Below, in pieces: positions 1 through 14,498 of a stretch of 64,000 nt of DNA (its first letter is position 1; every line of letters begins with the position of its first letter). The position numbers and the translations under genes were made by a program. Where the stretch lies: NCBI RefSeq assembly GCF_006345805.1, contig NC_042998.1, positions 128,650,001-128,714,000 on the forward strand, written 5' to 3'. The stretch is from Octopus sinensis. Lineage: Eukaryota. The notes below the pieces were generated by a model. That model was not told where the DNA came from. It was given only the letters and a program-made list of their open reading frames with translations, and ran no database searches.

Positions 1-185
1 ACCCCAAAAGTTCTCCTGAATGGAATGCCAGTCTCTTGCAGGATTATCCATTTACAGCTGAGTGGACTGGAGCAAAGTGAAATGAAATGTTTTGCTCAAG
101 AGTACAATGCACAACTACTCAGGGAGTCGAGACCATGACCTTGTATTCATGAATGCTACACTCTAATCACTAGGCCACATGCTCT
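1..185 (-). mobile_element. tRNA-derived SINE, 5' part
   Basis: Reverse complement starts with A-box-like TGGCCTAGTGATTAG and B-box-like GGTCTCGACTCC, then ttgagcaaaacatttcatttcac..ctccagtccactcagctg, as in copies at 29418, 33838 and 46063. Confidence 0.7.
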
Positions 186-2100
186 CACACACACACAAAT
201 ATATATACCTATCGATTAAATACAAATAAATACACTTTCCTCTCCAATTCCACCCAAACATCTCCCAACTCTATAATAATTTCTCCATTATTTCTAGTTA
301 ATTAAAAATAGAAAAAAAAAAGTAATCAAATTAGAAATTTCCTCCTTCTAATAAATTTACACAAAACTGTTTAGTTACAGAATCATTAGAAAGCCAGTAG
401 AATAATCATCATGGTGGAAAGAAATTATGAACAATTGTGTAAATTACATTGCACAATTGTTCCTAATTTCTCCCAGCTATTATTATCCCAACAGCTTTCT
501 AATGATTCCGTAACTAAACAATTTATATTAAGCTCAGTGGTTTTCAAACTGTTAGTGTCACCCACTCCCTTTTCAAGGCATAAATTCGCCTCTTATCAGC
601 CATTTTCTAATTCTTTTATAAATATTTTTGGAAGTAAATCATATGTGATACCTTGTTATGCTTTTGCCACAATTTTGTTGTTTACTTGCATTGTTTTATT
701 TATTTATATATTTTTTTTGGTGTGTCTGTATGTTGTAATTTAAATATAACTGAGTTAATTACTAACCAATTTTACTTTCAGTCTAGCCACTCTAACTAAC
801 ACTACAACCTTTAATCTGCATCCTGATTCCTAAACAAAAAGAGAGCCTGTTTGCAGTTGTTCAATCTGCAACAAATATCAGACAAATATAAGCAAACTAC
901 ACCATACTGTCTTAAAAAGGAAATAATGGACAATGTAGTCCAGAGTACACAGAGGAGAAAAAGTACATGACAATCATGCCTAGAGTATGTTAGACAATAG
1001 GTATATTTTAAATGGGCCAACTTGGGAACTAAACAAAAACAACCTTTTATACATGTACAGCTCACAAAAATGCCAAGTAAAAACAAAACATAATAGCTGT
1101 AAGGTTCAAGTGGTGTATTACTAAATATGTATGTCATAAGTTCAGGCATTAATATAGTGATTGTGTGCATCTGGGCACACCACCTGACTGTTTGTAGGAT
1201 AATAAGACAAACTTCACTTCTTTAAAGTTCAGGGGTGTATACCAATAAGTAAACAAATAAGGTGTTGAATTGGCAGAGCCATCAGAACACTGGACAGAAT
1301 GTTTTGTGGTATTTGTTTCAATTCTCTGCTGAGTTCAAATTCTGCTGAGGTCAACTTTGCCTTCCATTTTATTGAGGTCAATAAAAAAAAAAAAGTATCA
1401 ATTTTAGACAATGCATTGGAAGAATGTCAGACCAGATGCCTTGTAGCATTTGTTTTGGCTCTTGTGTCTCGAGTTCAAATTTCACTAAGAAACTACCACC
1501 TATTTAACACCATCACCTAGCAACTTGGGTGCCTTTAGAGGAGTCTACATTGTTGTAAACACCTGGGCTGTTTCTAGTTTGAGAATACCTTCTTCCATTC
1601 CTCCTATCAGCTTTGAAGGCCCTAAAATGGGTCCCGAGCACTGCCTTCCATTCAGACTAAAAGATAAGAAAAGAATATCAATCATGTAAGAAGGGAAACT
1701 ATGCTAAAATTAAACAAAGATACCATAAAGGAAAGAATCTATTAGACCTTTTGACAAAGGAAAATAAATATCTAGTCAAAAGATATATACTAACACTCCT
1801 GTCCACACACCAAATCTGACATTATCAACTTCAAATTTGTCACTGTCAGTCTTGATTATGTTGGCATCTATCTCAGTTTCATCATTGTCAGCTTAAATGT
1901 CATTAATGTTGATCACTATACATATTTTTATGAGTATATTGATTAATACTTAGCTGACTTTAATTATTGAAAATGAGTGTGGTGGGAGCTTTTACGTGAC
2001 ACCAGCACAGGACTCTTGCAGGACAATCTTCTTCACCAGGGGGAGTGGCTTTAACACTTCTGACATGGAGTACAAGTTAACACTTCTACTGTAGAAGATT

Positions 2101-2181
<81 letters not shown>

Positions 2182-2376
2182 TGCATTAGGAAGAGCATCC
2201 TGCCGTAAAAATCATGTCAAAACAAACATTGGAGCTCAATTAAGTCCTTGGATGTGCTAGATCCTGTCAAACTGTCCAATCCATGCTAGCACAGAACATG
2301 AATGTTAAATGATGATGATGATGATATATATATATGCATGGTCATATGTGTGTGTGTATACACGCATACATACACA

Positions 2377-3040
2377 TGAGGGTGTAACTGAAAGAGACCT
2401 GAATTTTGAAAATATTTTATTCACTTAGTTTTACATGTTTACACTTAGAGCTTTCAAAGTATTCTCCATTTGAAACAATGCATCAGTCCAGATGCATTTT
2501 TCACTGTTCAAAGCAGTGCTGGAATGCTTGCTAACTGACACCTTTTAACACCTCCATTTTTTTTCTTCACTTCTTCCACATCTGCAAATTTCGTAGCACC
2601 AGCTTTTGTCACCCGTGATGACCTTCAGAAAAAGGTCTGGATCAATTTCCAACTGTTCCTTCAGTTCATGACATGCATTCCGTTGTGACTGCATTTGATC
2701 TTCCGTAAGTGAGGCACAAATATTGCTGTAACTCTTTTCAGTTGCAATTCCTCACTCAAAATTCATTGGCAAGAACTCCAGGATACACCAGTCATATCAA
2801 CAAGTTCATCAATTGTTGAGTGATGGTCCTGAATTTTCAGGTTTTCATTCATTTGGGAGGTTGACAGGTGCTCTGAACAAGGTCGGCTTCCAAGCAACAA
2901 GTGATCATTCCTAAAGCGTAGAATCCACTTGTAAACTTGGGGTTTGCTCATGGCAGTGTCCATGTAAGGTGTCTGAAGCATGACAACTGTTTTGGTCGCT
3001 GTTTTCCCCAGTAGCAAACAGAATTTCAAGGAACCTCTGT
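2377..3040 (-). mobile_element. Degenerate mariner transposon (HTH region and 3' end)
   Basis: Minus frame LKFCLLLGKTATKTVVMLQTPYMDTAMSKPQVYKWILRFRN...SRPCSEHLSTS matches the mariner N-terminal HTH. TIR-like tgagggtgtaactgaaag at 2377. Confidence 0.8.
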
Positions 3041-3850
3041 GGTCTTCTGTGCTGTCACACACATCTGGGGACATTCTGATCAGAGGGCGTATGATCATAA
3101 AGAGAAAATAGGAGATTCGGTAGTTATTGGCAACATCGGCTCTGCAGACTGGTCTTGGTGGTGGTCCTGTCACTGGGTCAATGTTTGCCTTATGGTCCTT
3201 GCAGAGCCCATAAAGTGCTAGGATGTCCTTATTAGTGGCTTGGAAGTTGTTTAACCACATCACCATGTGAGCATTGAGGAACTCCTCTCTCCCCTCATAC
3301 TCCTGTACTGTTGTTTCTCTCATATTGATGATGTGGGATTGCATCACCTGGATGTAGTTCAGCAGGTTATCTATTTACATTCTGCCAGAGTTGTCTTGCA
3401 TAGGCCACTTGCAGATTTCTTATAGAATTGCTGTGCCCTTCTTCAACTCTGTCTTCTAGTTTATTGTTCCAAAATCTAAGTTTAGTACTAGCTATGGTGA
3501 AGTGTGCTTCTATTTTGTCATTTGTCTGTTGTGGGATACAAACATTTTTGTTGAAGGTAAGGGTGTCGATAAATGTGACTCATATCGTATGATTTATCAC
3601 ATGGATCGAAGAATAGGGTGTGAGAAGGGTTAGTGTCATTTATACCAGTTGTACCACTTTCTATACTATCATTTCTCTGGTTACCATCTCTTTGGTTGTC
3701 TTTGTTGTTGTTGGTGGTGGTGTTTATATGTGTGTTGTTGTTGCTGTCAGTAATGTTTGCGTTGGTTTGCATGTTTTCACAACTGTTTGTGTTATTATTA
3801 CCATCCCCACTATTATCATTATTCTTACAGCTATTGTCTTCCATTCTGCT
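3041..3850 (-). mobile_element. Penelope-like element fragment (N-terminal region and start of RT)
   Basis: LYGLCKDHK...PPPRPVCRA...NYRISYFL..IIRPL...VCDSTED resembles the PLE RT motif LYGLPKIHK..P.RPIV...Y..A..L...L.PL...ST.D. An Asn/Thr-rich low-complexity region lies upstream. Confidence 0.65.
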
Positions 3851-4087
3851 GACCCACCCTTTGTCTTCATTTCTTTCACTGCTGCTGCTATTCTGGAACC
3901 TTAGTTTGGCTTGCTTGTGTGTTTGTTCTTCTCAGCAGTATCTTTTCGGGGTCAATTAAGTACCAGTCAAATACTGGGGGTAGGATGTGATCGACTTACT
4001 CCTCCCCACAAATTTCAGGCCTTGTGCCTATTGTAGAAAGGATTATTATTATTAATACTATCATTATTATTATTACCATTATTATTA

Positions 4088-4300
4088 AGGCAGTGGACTG
4101 GCAGAAGTGTTAGCACACTGGGCAAAATGCTTAGTGGTATTTTGTCCATCTTTACATTCTGAGTGCAATTTCCACTGTGGTCAACTTTGCCTTTCAGCTT
4201 TTTAGGACTGATAAAGTAAGTATCAGCCGAACACTGGGATTAATGCAATCGACTTATCCCCTCCACCAAAATTGCTGGCCTTGTGCCAAAATTTGAAATT
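4088..4300 (+). mobile_element. SINE with Meta/MESC-like central domain (representative; other copies near 1250, 3940, 21320, 40240, 41600, 41860, 55730-56380)
   Basis: tRNA-like head, then gtcaactttgcctttca.c.ttt.ggg.t.gataaa.taagtaccag and 3' cccaaaattgctggccttgtgcc, recurring many times in the window. Confidence 0.7.
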
Positions 4301-4312
4301 ATTGTTATTATT

Positions 4313-4829
4313 GAGTGACAGAGCAGTGCATGCCATGAAAGTGACACAGGGTAAAGTATACAAAGCCTAATATACCCATCATGACTCCCCATCTGATAAG
4401 GGTACACCGGGCACATGCATCACAACCATATGTGCGCGACATGGTGATCTCATATCAAGATAAACAGTGCATGACCTTGCAGGTGGGGCCCAGTTAGAAT
4501 TTTCTTCAGGTTGAGTAGGCCATCCCACTCAAAAGGTCCCTGAATAAGGACTGTTTAAGGATGTTAAATAAAACACCCATGTTTCCAGAGGTGAATTATC
4601 CAAACTCCAAAAAATTCCTCTCAGCACATGGCTATGATGCTCCCCCACTGCTTCTGCTTGTGATCAGAGATGCACATATCATCAGCCACTACAGGACATG
4701 CTCAACTGGTTAAGATCAAACAACTGAGAAGCAAACCTGTGGTATTGAGCAGAATATTTGCTGTAGCCCATCTTTTATACCAAAACAAAACAATGTACAT
4801 GATAACACTTCCAATCAGTTAAGATCAGA
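4313..4829 (-). mobile_element. ~520-550 bp non-coding retroposon with (AAT)n tail, copy 1
   Basis: Highly similar along its length to 40890-41450. Both copies abut (TTA)n. Confidence 0.75.
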
Positions 4830-7800
4830 TTATGGAGCTATGTGAGTTTCTCTCTTCACTTCTGTAAATGGAAAATTGTCACAGAACACAACCCAATTTA
4901 ATTTTTTATTTATGCAGCTATTATTAATGATGGATGTTTAATCAATGATATATCTTGACTTAATCAACAGATAATAAAATATTTAAATACTTAACAGGAA
5001 ACCTAATTTTGAAATTAATGTGAGAGTTCAAACAAAAATATCATCTAGACATTTTTTTTTTTTATTAAATTCTTTTTTAATGAAGTTTGGAAAATGGTAA
5101 ATCATTCTTGAAACTTTCAACAAAATGTTTCTCATAGCTCTAAATAACTTCATACATGTCCCTGAGGCACATTATCAGTTTATCTATGTAAAAGATAATT
5201 ATCTTAAAAGTACTGTGGAGTTTATTATTGATGTTGTGTTCGCAAAAACTACAATAGAAATGTGATTAAGGTAGGAATTATACAAACATTGTTTTCCTAA
5301 TATTTAGTGAGAGTAAAAGGAAAAAGGAAATTGCTATCAAGTGGGAAGTCAGAACAGAGAATAAAGCAATGTGATTTTTTTTGTTTTTTTTTATATGCCT
5401 GGCAACTTAGAAATAAAAAGGCTGACAGCAAAGTAGTTTGATAAACAATTTCCTCCATAAGGTGGGAGTGATTTAATCTTCTAGGAATGTTCAAATGGCA
5501 TGCACTTGGAATTGGAGCACTTAATTAGCAAGATAGACCTACTTCATTGCCCAGTTGAACACCATCACCTGGTAGGGTATAAGCTTGTATGAGAGATTGT
5601 AAACTTGCTAGAAACAGAAACTAAATAACATCCTAATCATCATCATTTTCATGTCCACTTTTCCATGCTTACATGGCTTGGACAGAATTCATTGAGGCAG
5701 ATTTTCTAGTAGCAGATGCCCATCCTGTCATCAATATTACCAATATTACCTAAGTTGTTTCCAATTAAGATATTTCCCCATAGCCAGAAATGTTTTCACA
5801 GAAGATTGGAAATGAAGGACACCACTTGTATGACAGTGATGTTCATTTACAACTATTACATGATGACAAAGCAAGGAGAGAGTAACACACCACAAACACA
5901 CACACACACACATGATGAGTTTCTTTCAGTTTCTGTCAACCAACTCCACTCACAAGGCTTTGGTCAATTGGTGGCAACAATGGAAGACACTTACCAAAGG
6001 TGCCATGCAGTGGGACTGAACCCCAAACCATATGGTTGAAAAGCAAACTTCTTAACCACACAGCCAAGCCTACAACTACTATCGTTAAAAAAAAAAACCA
6101 AAAAGATAGGATACATTGGATATATAAAAAGCTGAGATTATCACAACTGGAGTCTCTTTGATCATAGTCTGTTTGATTACTCCTGACCTGGGGTCAAACA
6201 ACAACAGTGCCTTTTAACAGAGTCCGATGTTTTAATCATTTGAACTGGGTCTCTGATCTGGAGATAAATGCACTGCTTCCTACCACAGCATTCCATGAAA
6301 GTTTCTTAATCCCTTTCTCCAGTATAGAAAGCTCTGTAAAAATCAGGGGCATTGCTCTTCCTCTGACCAAACCACACACACACACAATAAAAGGGTCTAC
6401 ATGTAGAGACAAACACCATCAACATCAATATTTAACATCCGTTGTCCATGCTGGCATGGATTGGACAGTTTGACCAGGGCTGGCAAACTGACAAGCTGCA
6501 TCAGACCCCAGTCTGATTTGGCATGGTTTCTACAGCTGGATGCCCCTCCTTTACAAGTGAGTCAAAGAGGGATTTGGGAATAAATAAATAAATTAATAAA
6601 TAAAAAATGCCATAACTTCTGTTGAAGCTTTGATGAGGCTTCTCCTTTTCAGAGACTGAAAGCAGTCTTGTTCTACCTTGCCAAATTTCCTTCAGACACT
6701 GGGTAATATGTACTTATTGCCAAGAAATGTGTACAGCATCTCATTTCTGGTAGAATAAGATTAATGTGCTAATATATACTAATGTATAGCCACAGGTCAA
6801 ATGAAGGCTGCAATGATATATTTAAGTTTGTACATTGTTATAGGTGGCAGACATTTTCTCCAAGATTACCAAGTATGGAATACCACTCATTGGAACTAAC
6901 ATAAAACCTCTACCCTCTCTTTCTCTCCAACTTGCTTGTCCATTACTACTAAAATGTAAGAAAAATGTTGTTTCTGAGAGATAATACTAAGACTTATAGA
7001 AATATAGGTTAATGAAAATTAGGTATAATTTATTTTCTAGTAGATTATAATAATTATTCCACAATTTTGAAAAATTTTCAAGATTCAAGTATTTATTTGT
7101 GAATATTTGGGGCAAAATTTCAAATCAGTATCCAATATTTTGTTCAATAAATTCCAAAAAGCCAGTACCATACACTCACAAGACCACCAATTCAATTCTT
7201 TAAAAAGAGAAATTCGATCTGACATCTCTACTCTCTGATTGATATTAGATACTAGGGAACTAATGCTCATATTTTTGCATATTAAAGTCCAGTCAGATAC
7301 TCCTAGAATGAGTGACAGCTAACCAAGTAAAAAAGGTAGCAGATAGCAAACCAAAAGAGCCACAGTCAGTCACCAAGGTTATACAATCTCTATAATTAAA
7401 TCTCTCAAACAGTCCAGTCTACTGAGCAGAAAGAGGTAACCAGCAGAAGCCCAGTATAATTGTTTAAAGATTCACACGAGTGTCAGCCGTAGAGGTTTGG
7501 ATTTGATTTTATATACTGATTTGCCCTAGTTATTATGCATTAAAGTCTTTAAACATTACACCTATAATGCATTGCAGTAAGAGATTTTCACTTTGAAATA
7601 TGCAATTGTTAGGTTAATACATTGTTTACAAAATATAAATTCATCAAATGGATAAAGCCAAATTCATTAAAATTATAAAATTATCATTCCAAATGAGAAA
7701 CTCCAACTATAGTTATGAACAAATTTTATGGCCCAGAAATTGGATCATAGCAGTCTAGTATATAATATTTTCTTTACAAAGAATAGCTCAGAATAAAAAG

Positions 7801-8888
7801 AATTCTTTGGTCTAGTTATTACAGTGACATTTTACTAAACCAGTTTTCTAATAACCAGTTCCAGTGGCATAAGTAGCAAAGCTACAAGCTAACAAATAGC
7901 TGCTATAAGCTTTCATAGCTGAGTAAACGAGAAACAAAACCAAAACTGTACAGGATAGGTATGTAGCAACTGATTTATTACAAAAAGTATAATATAGAAA
8001 TAAATATCTATAAAGACTAATTCAGTCAATGCTCACGTATAAAATGATTACCTTGACAGTTCCATGTAAGATTGAACAAGCTGTCGGACACCAGTGATCT
8101 GCTTGTCAGAGCATTCGTTCTATTTAGATTATATAATTCATAGACAAACAAAAGAAATTGGACTTGTTAGTCAAGTAGCTATTTCAAATACCAGTACATT
8201 TATAGAATTTATATTTATTACCAATACAGTAACACTTTTACTGACCAGAATAGTTCAAAGCTTGAGATCAAAAATAAAAATTGTATTAAAATGACCACTT
8301 CTGATGTGCTTGTTTGTATTTCAATCTTCTTAGTGACCACTAGTGTCAGCATCAGTAGTATACTGATAAGAAGTAAGGTCATCTGGAATAACCTCTTAGC
8401 TTTGAAGTCAGAGCAATTAATATGGTTGTGATATAAGTCTTCTGCATTAGTGTGAAATTCAAGAGGCCTACAAAGAAGGATTCAATCTACAAGAGGATGT
8501 GATGATGTGTAAAAACCTCCTTTCCAACATATAAAAAAAAAACAACAAAAAGTATATTGATCTGATAAACAGTTCTTCAAATACATCTGTCAAGAATCTA
8601 GCAATGCAAACTAAACTGGAATGGTCAGAACACCCCAATAAAATGGTCAAGTACAAACCAACTTTCAAAATGACATTTCTAAAAACAGAAAAATGTAGAC
8701 ATGTTATCAACTGTTGGATTAGACTGTCTTCTAGTAGCTCTCAAAGCTGAAAGGAAAGTAGTTTAGAAAATGGCCCCTAATATCCCAGTGGGTTATACAA
8801 TTAGTGGCGATAAATGGTAAATGTTTTTAAGTGAAATGTCCTAATGCAAAATATTTAAATGCTTCAGAATAGGTACAATGCGTACATA

Positions 8889-9465
8889 TCATTATCTGGT
8901 CAAGCTAGCTCAGACATTTTCAACCCATGCATGCTATCTATCTTGGCCCAGCATTAGTTGAGGGTGGTCTTCAGTACCTTTAATGAGTTGATCTACATAC
9001 GTTGTGTGCAGATGACCATGGCCATATTTTAGCATCCATAGCAGTAGGTCACTTGCCAGCTCGTTTAGCATGTCAGCAATGCCCTGCAGAGCATAAGTGT
9101 CTTTCCCTTATAATAGTGGAAACAGGCAGGAAATCTCCATACAGTTGCTTCTTGGTGTAAAAAGTTCTCCAGGATATGTTTATGACTCCTCTTAACTTTC
9201 AGGTGTAAGTTCCATCTAGCTTGGATCTCAGTTAACCATCCTTCTAGAATCTTCCGTCAACATCAGCAGAGATCCTATCAATGAAGCTGATGATTTCACA
9301 TACCTAGGTTCTGAGACAACCTCAACTGAAAAAGATGTAAAAGCATGGTCAGCCTTAAACAAATTGGATGTTGTCTAGAAATCAACCCTGTCAGACAACC
9401 TTAAGAGGAATTTTTTCCATGCACTAATACAGTCAGTCCCTTCATATGGAGCAACAGCCTTTTCC
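8889..9465. mobile_element. RTE-clade LINE fragment with 5' inversion and candidate 10-bp TSD
   Basis: Plus 9283-9460 reads EADDFTYLGSETTSTEKDVK..AWSALNKL..KSTLSDNLKRNFF...SYGATA. Minus 9225-8890 continues SKLDGTYT*KLRGVINISWR..LYGDFLPVSTIIRER..AGHC..ELASDLLLW..TYVDQL. Flanks are tgcgtacata (8879-8888) and tgtgtacata (9466-9475). Confidence 0.75.
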
Positions 9466-12199
9466 TGTGTACATACTTTTATAAAACAAGTAACAAGATA
9501 AACTATCTCATTCTGTATTAAAGAGTAATAAAATTCAAGATTAATGAGCACATTTAAATTTTAATATTAAAAAAACAAAAAAAACAAGATCAAATTACAA
9601 AGTTTAACTGATGTTTCAAATATTTACTCACATCATAATATGTACAAATATATATCCAATAAATAAACGGAACAATGTTCAATTAGGAATCATCTATACA
9701 TAATTTGCAGGATAATATTAAAAAAGCAGTACAAGGAATTTAAATCACTGCATATATAATATCCATTACTTAACATTATAAGTTAAGCTTGGTGCCTTTG
9801 TCGAGCATGACATAAGCATGTTATATAAGAAAAGTGAAAGAGAAGGAGAGGTCTACTAAATGGCTTGTGGTTAGCTGATTTAAGGTTGAATTTGCCAGTT
9901 TTATAGCTGTTGGCCATCCTTTTAGAATCTTCAGCCCAATTGTTTGATGGGAAAACCTCACACAATTCCTTGTAGTTTAATACTTCGACCACAATAAGTC
10001 AGCCAAAGATAATTGATTGAGCTATATTCATGTAGACATTTCCAGCTTTTATGGTGACACTCTTCCTTTTATGAAAATACATTAGTTTGTGGTTCTAGAC
10101 AGGGAAAAAATCTGAGAGCTATAGTTCAAATCTCAAATGCTCCAGACTAATTGATGCACCTGGCATGAGTTTTCAGGTAATAAAAAAAATAGAAAATCCT
10201 GATACCACCAAAGAGAAGCAGCGTGATGTATTGACTGCACAATGCAAATTTTAGAGTAGAATTGAATATGCATAGCTGAATCAATAAAAACAAGCCGATG
10301 AATGCTAGAACTGCTGACCAAAACCTTCTGTCATCTGTATCAGATCTACTTGAGAAGATCTAATTAAAAATGAAGGACCACCTAATAGATTAACTGAAGC
10401 AAGGACTAAAAATGGTTTGGATGATCATGGTTAGAACAACTTCTGTAATAGGTATTCTTGACTTGGAATTAAATTCCTATACCTACACTTGGTACAAAAT
10501 ATACTTTATATAAATAAATAAATAAAACTATACAGACAGCTCTTTTACTGAAAAATAAATTAAACAATAACCTGTCAAATGCTGAAGTTATTTACAACTG
10601 AACAAACTATGTAAACAACCTTTGGTTTTAAATAAACTATTTTGATAGTGTATCAGGTAGATATGTAAATTATAGACAAAGAGAACCTTAATATATTAAT
10701 TAAAGGGATTTAACTGCAACATATGAAACTGAAGAGATGGAAGGTCAACCGAAGTTCATTGTCATTTAACATCTACATGCCCATGTTTGCATGAGTTGAA
10801 TGAAGTTTATTTGAGGCAGATTTTCCATGGCTGGATGCCTGTCTGTTACCAACCCTTCTAAGCAAGGTAATATTTTCACATGAACAGACATGTTCTTACA
10901 GAATATTGGAAATTAATGGCATTGCTTGTATGACAATGATACTCATAACCATCATGCAATGTCAAGACAAGGAGATACGAAAACACATGCATATCTATTT
11001 ACACACACACACATACATATGACAGGCTTCTTTTGGTTTCCATCTGTCAAATCCACTCACAAGGCCTTGGTTGGCCTGGGGCAATAGCAAAAAGTACTTG
11101 TCCAAGGTACCATGCAGTTGGACTGAACCCAGAACCATGTGGTTGGGAAACAAATTTCTTACCACACAGCCATGCCTGTGCTAGCCCTGAGAAAGAATTT
11201 CCCTTAAAAAGTACAAAACCTCTGAAGATACCCTAAAGCAAGTAATCCTGCTTGTATAATTTCAACTTCCACACCTGCCTTAGTAACATAAATAAATGTA
11301 GGGATGATACAACCAGTTGAAACAGCCCCAGTACTTGACTGGTGACTTATTTCAGAGACCCAAGAAAACAAAACTGACACCAGCAGGATTTGAACTCAGA
11401 ATGTAAATGAGCTCTAACTAAATAGTATGTCATTTTGTCCAACACTGAAGAGTTAGCCAATCCACTGCTCTTGGTTACGAAAATACATTGACACACCAAA
11501 CAATGCCATTCCACATTACAGACACACCCACAAGCCGGTTCTTTTTCATAGTCTGTATGTGTGTAGGCTACACCTAGCTTCACAGTTGAAAAACTGAACA
11601 AAGGCGACATGATTAGTGCTGAGCAGAATTTTTATGTTGGTCAGTTTATTGTGGCTTTTATTACATACTAACAATAAACTAGTGGTAGAGATGAATGTTG
11701 TAAACTAGCGTTACAGATAAGAGCAGAATATAGTAGGCAACTGTTTCTCCTGGTATGCTTACAACACTCACTCAAACTCAAGTCTTTATTAGTCAACTAG
11801 TTTCAGGTTACTGACGGTAGCTTAGTATGTTCATTATGGTCTACATTAACTAAAACAGACGGGGGGGGGGATAAAGATAGCAAGCAGAGAATGAGAGAGA
11901 GGGAGATGAGCCAGAAAGAGAGAGGAAAGGAGTGGCAAAGACAGAAGGAGAGGCAAAATGAGGGAAGTAGGGAGAGTACATGAGAGAGAGGAATCAGAGA
12001 TAAAGAGAGAGAGAGGAAGAAGGAAGGGAAAAGCAGAGTGTAAGAAGGGGGAAAAGAAGGAAGTCAGTGAGAAAGAGAAAGGTAATGAAGGCCTATCAGA
12101 ATAAAATTGACACATGGAGGGAGGTTTAGTTAAAACTAATGACACTGTCCATTTGTGTTATGAAACTGCTAATAATCCTGATTTGGAGAAAGCACAGGA

Positions 12200-13690
12200 A
12201 GTTTGACATCAACATATCCCTGTGGGGAAAACTCCCTCAACTGCTGCCCACATTGCTTCCAATTCCACACACTAGGTAAATCTCCAAAATTATACCTTTC
12301 TGTTCTATCAGATTCACCACCATGTACACATACTTGTCAATTGCAAAAAAATTCCTTTAGTTGCTTCAATCCAATAAGGAAACCAGCCTTGACAATATCC
12401 CTTCTATTACCTTCAGACAATGCACTCCAGAGGCAATCCCTACTATCCTAACCAAACTTTTAAATCTCTCTCTCCCCAAAGATATATACCAATCTTTAAG
12501 AATGCACTTCAGTGTGTCCTATCTCTAAGAAGGGCAATGGGTAACCTCTGATTTTGCCAACTATCATCCTCTTGCACTCATTCTAATATCCCAAGGGTGA
12601 TAGGGAACAGCTATTAACCTTCTCCAATACCTTGAATTTCTTTCCCTTATAGCTTTCATAAACCCCAAATCTCCTGTCACTCATCAAGAAATTTAGTTGC
12701 AAGCAGTGTCGTCGTTCTCAACATCAGCCAAGTTTGCAACCATGTCTGACATACAAATCTCCCTACCTAGGGTTCCAATCATCTTTCATATCAGTGACTT
12801 TTTATCAAACTGTGGTGTGCTGATGGAGCTTGCTGACCCACACTGGTATGCTTCAGGGTACAGCTTTACCTTTCACATTCTTTTCCCTATAAATTAATAT
12901 CCTACATAGCATCATTTTCAACAGTGCTCTGTCTAATCTTACTCCTTCACCTTCCACATCCAAGTGTTATTTACATACAACCAGGACATCTCACACTAAA
13001 TCTACCCTGACTTTATGAACAGAGATCACTACCAGCCTCCAAAATATCATCCAATGAAGTCATGCCTATTTTATCAATAGCCAAAAACATACAGAAATCA
13101 TTATCACACCTTACCCCTCTTAAATTTGAACAGTATGCAACTGGAACCCACATTATCCCTTCAAATGCTAAACCTCACTATTATGGAGGATCTCTTTGTA
13201 CCAAACACATCTTCAACATAGTAAAGACTGGTTTTTCTTCAACAGTAACTAATCCAATACAAAGTTCAGGTGACACCTACAATATTCTTCTTACATCTGG
13301 GATAGTGCTGTTGCTATACATAAAGGCATTCTAAACTGTATTCAGAGAAAGGTGACCTGACTGATCTGCATGAAGTCACTAAGACACACTCTGGCTCACA
13401 AATGTGATGTCTCCTCTTTACTTTTTCTACTGCTACTTCAGCAGGTTTTCCTCTTCAGAAGTCCCTGGCTTTGTGCCTTCTATGCTTAGGTGCTCCAAAC
13501 TCACTTTATCTCCCCAACTCTTCATCTGTATATCTACACTGGTTTCTTGCCCAAGCCTGTACAAGCCACTATATTCAAAAAGTTGGCTCTTGGGAATCCA
13601 TGCCCTGCACATGTTGCAACAGTTTCAATTTTGCTATCCAAGTTAGGCTGCAGTAGGATACTGACATCTTTTTTTAAGACCCTAGTCAGC
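12200..13690 (+). mobile_element. Highly decayed LINE (CR1/Jockey-like) RT remnant
   Basis: C/A-rich tract with broken RT-like peptides (e.g. LPKLLNLSL, VCPISKKG, SLFYFFYCYF..SSE.PGFVP) and many stops/frameshifts. Confidence 0.45.
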
Positions 13691-14342
13691 CCTGGTATTG
13701 CAGACGTATAACAAAAAGCATTCCAACCTTGACTATATGTTTTTTTTAAAGAAGATACAGTGTTTTTAGGACAACATTGTACACTGTGTCCTTACTTTTT
13801 TTTTTCAGTATAGTAGGCTACAATTTGAGGGAAACTCAGACCCAAAACAAAGTGAAACAGAAATGTTGCACATAATTGTGGATAATGCCAAAAGCCATTT
13901 GGATGCTTTTCAAGGATAGTGATGTTTAATGTAGTTGATGTTCAATTTGCCCTTTTCCAGGTAGATGTTTGTAAATGAGGGGATTGGGGGACAAAATGAG
14001 AGTTTCTGATTGTTGCACTTCTAGGAAGGATGAATTGGGCAAAGCATTAAGAATATGGAGAGACAAATAAAGGATGACAAGAGGAAAACAAGTAGGAGCT
14101 TGGGCCTTGCCAGTTTAGAGAAGACAGTTGTAAAAATAAAATAGTCATGAAAGAAACAAGGTCTCAGTAAGTTAGTGATCATAGTATGTTTGTGAGTAAA
14201 TCTTTGTCAACTGATGGCCTTTCTTTGGAGACAACCATATGCCATGGAGTACTGCTGTTCCAGTTATGTAAGCAATACATTAAGGCACACTTTCACCAAA
14301 TAGAGGGTCACCTCTGGTCAGATCTAAAGTATTTTGTTGACA

Positions 14343-14498
14343 CAGGGGAGGAGTGAGAGTATTAAGGGCCTTCAGGCATAACTGTTTACCAAGCCCCTTA
14401 GCATTGATATCAGTAAAGTTAACATGTAGAGTGCTTGCCCCTCAGAGCTCCGGGCCCTCAGGCAGTGCCTGATTGACCGACTGCTCAGTCCGCCCCTG
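14343..14498. mobile_element. hAT-type MITE, 156 bp, perfect 8-bp TSD
   Basis: TIRs caggggaggagtgag / ctcagtccgcccctg (13 of 15 match). TGTTGACA duplicated at 14335-14342 and 14499-14506. Confidence 0.85.

Noticed and set aside
1588-1656. Candidate ferlin exon 3 (also ~5543-5607, ~8052-8119, ~7500-7600)
   Set aside because: Splice-like signals are present but no frame resembles the expected F.W.L...L......V.VKD.E..G.N segment.
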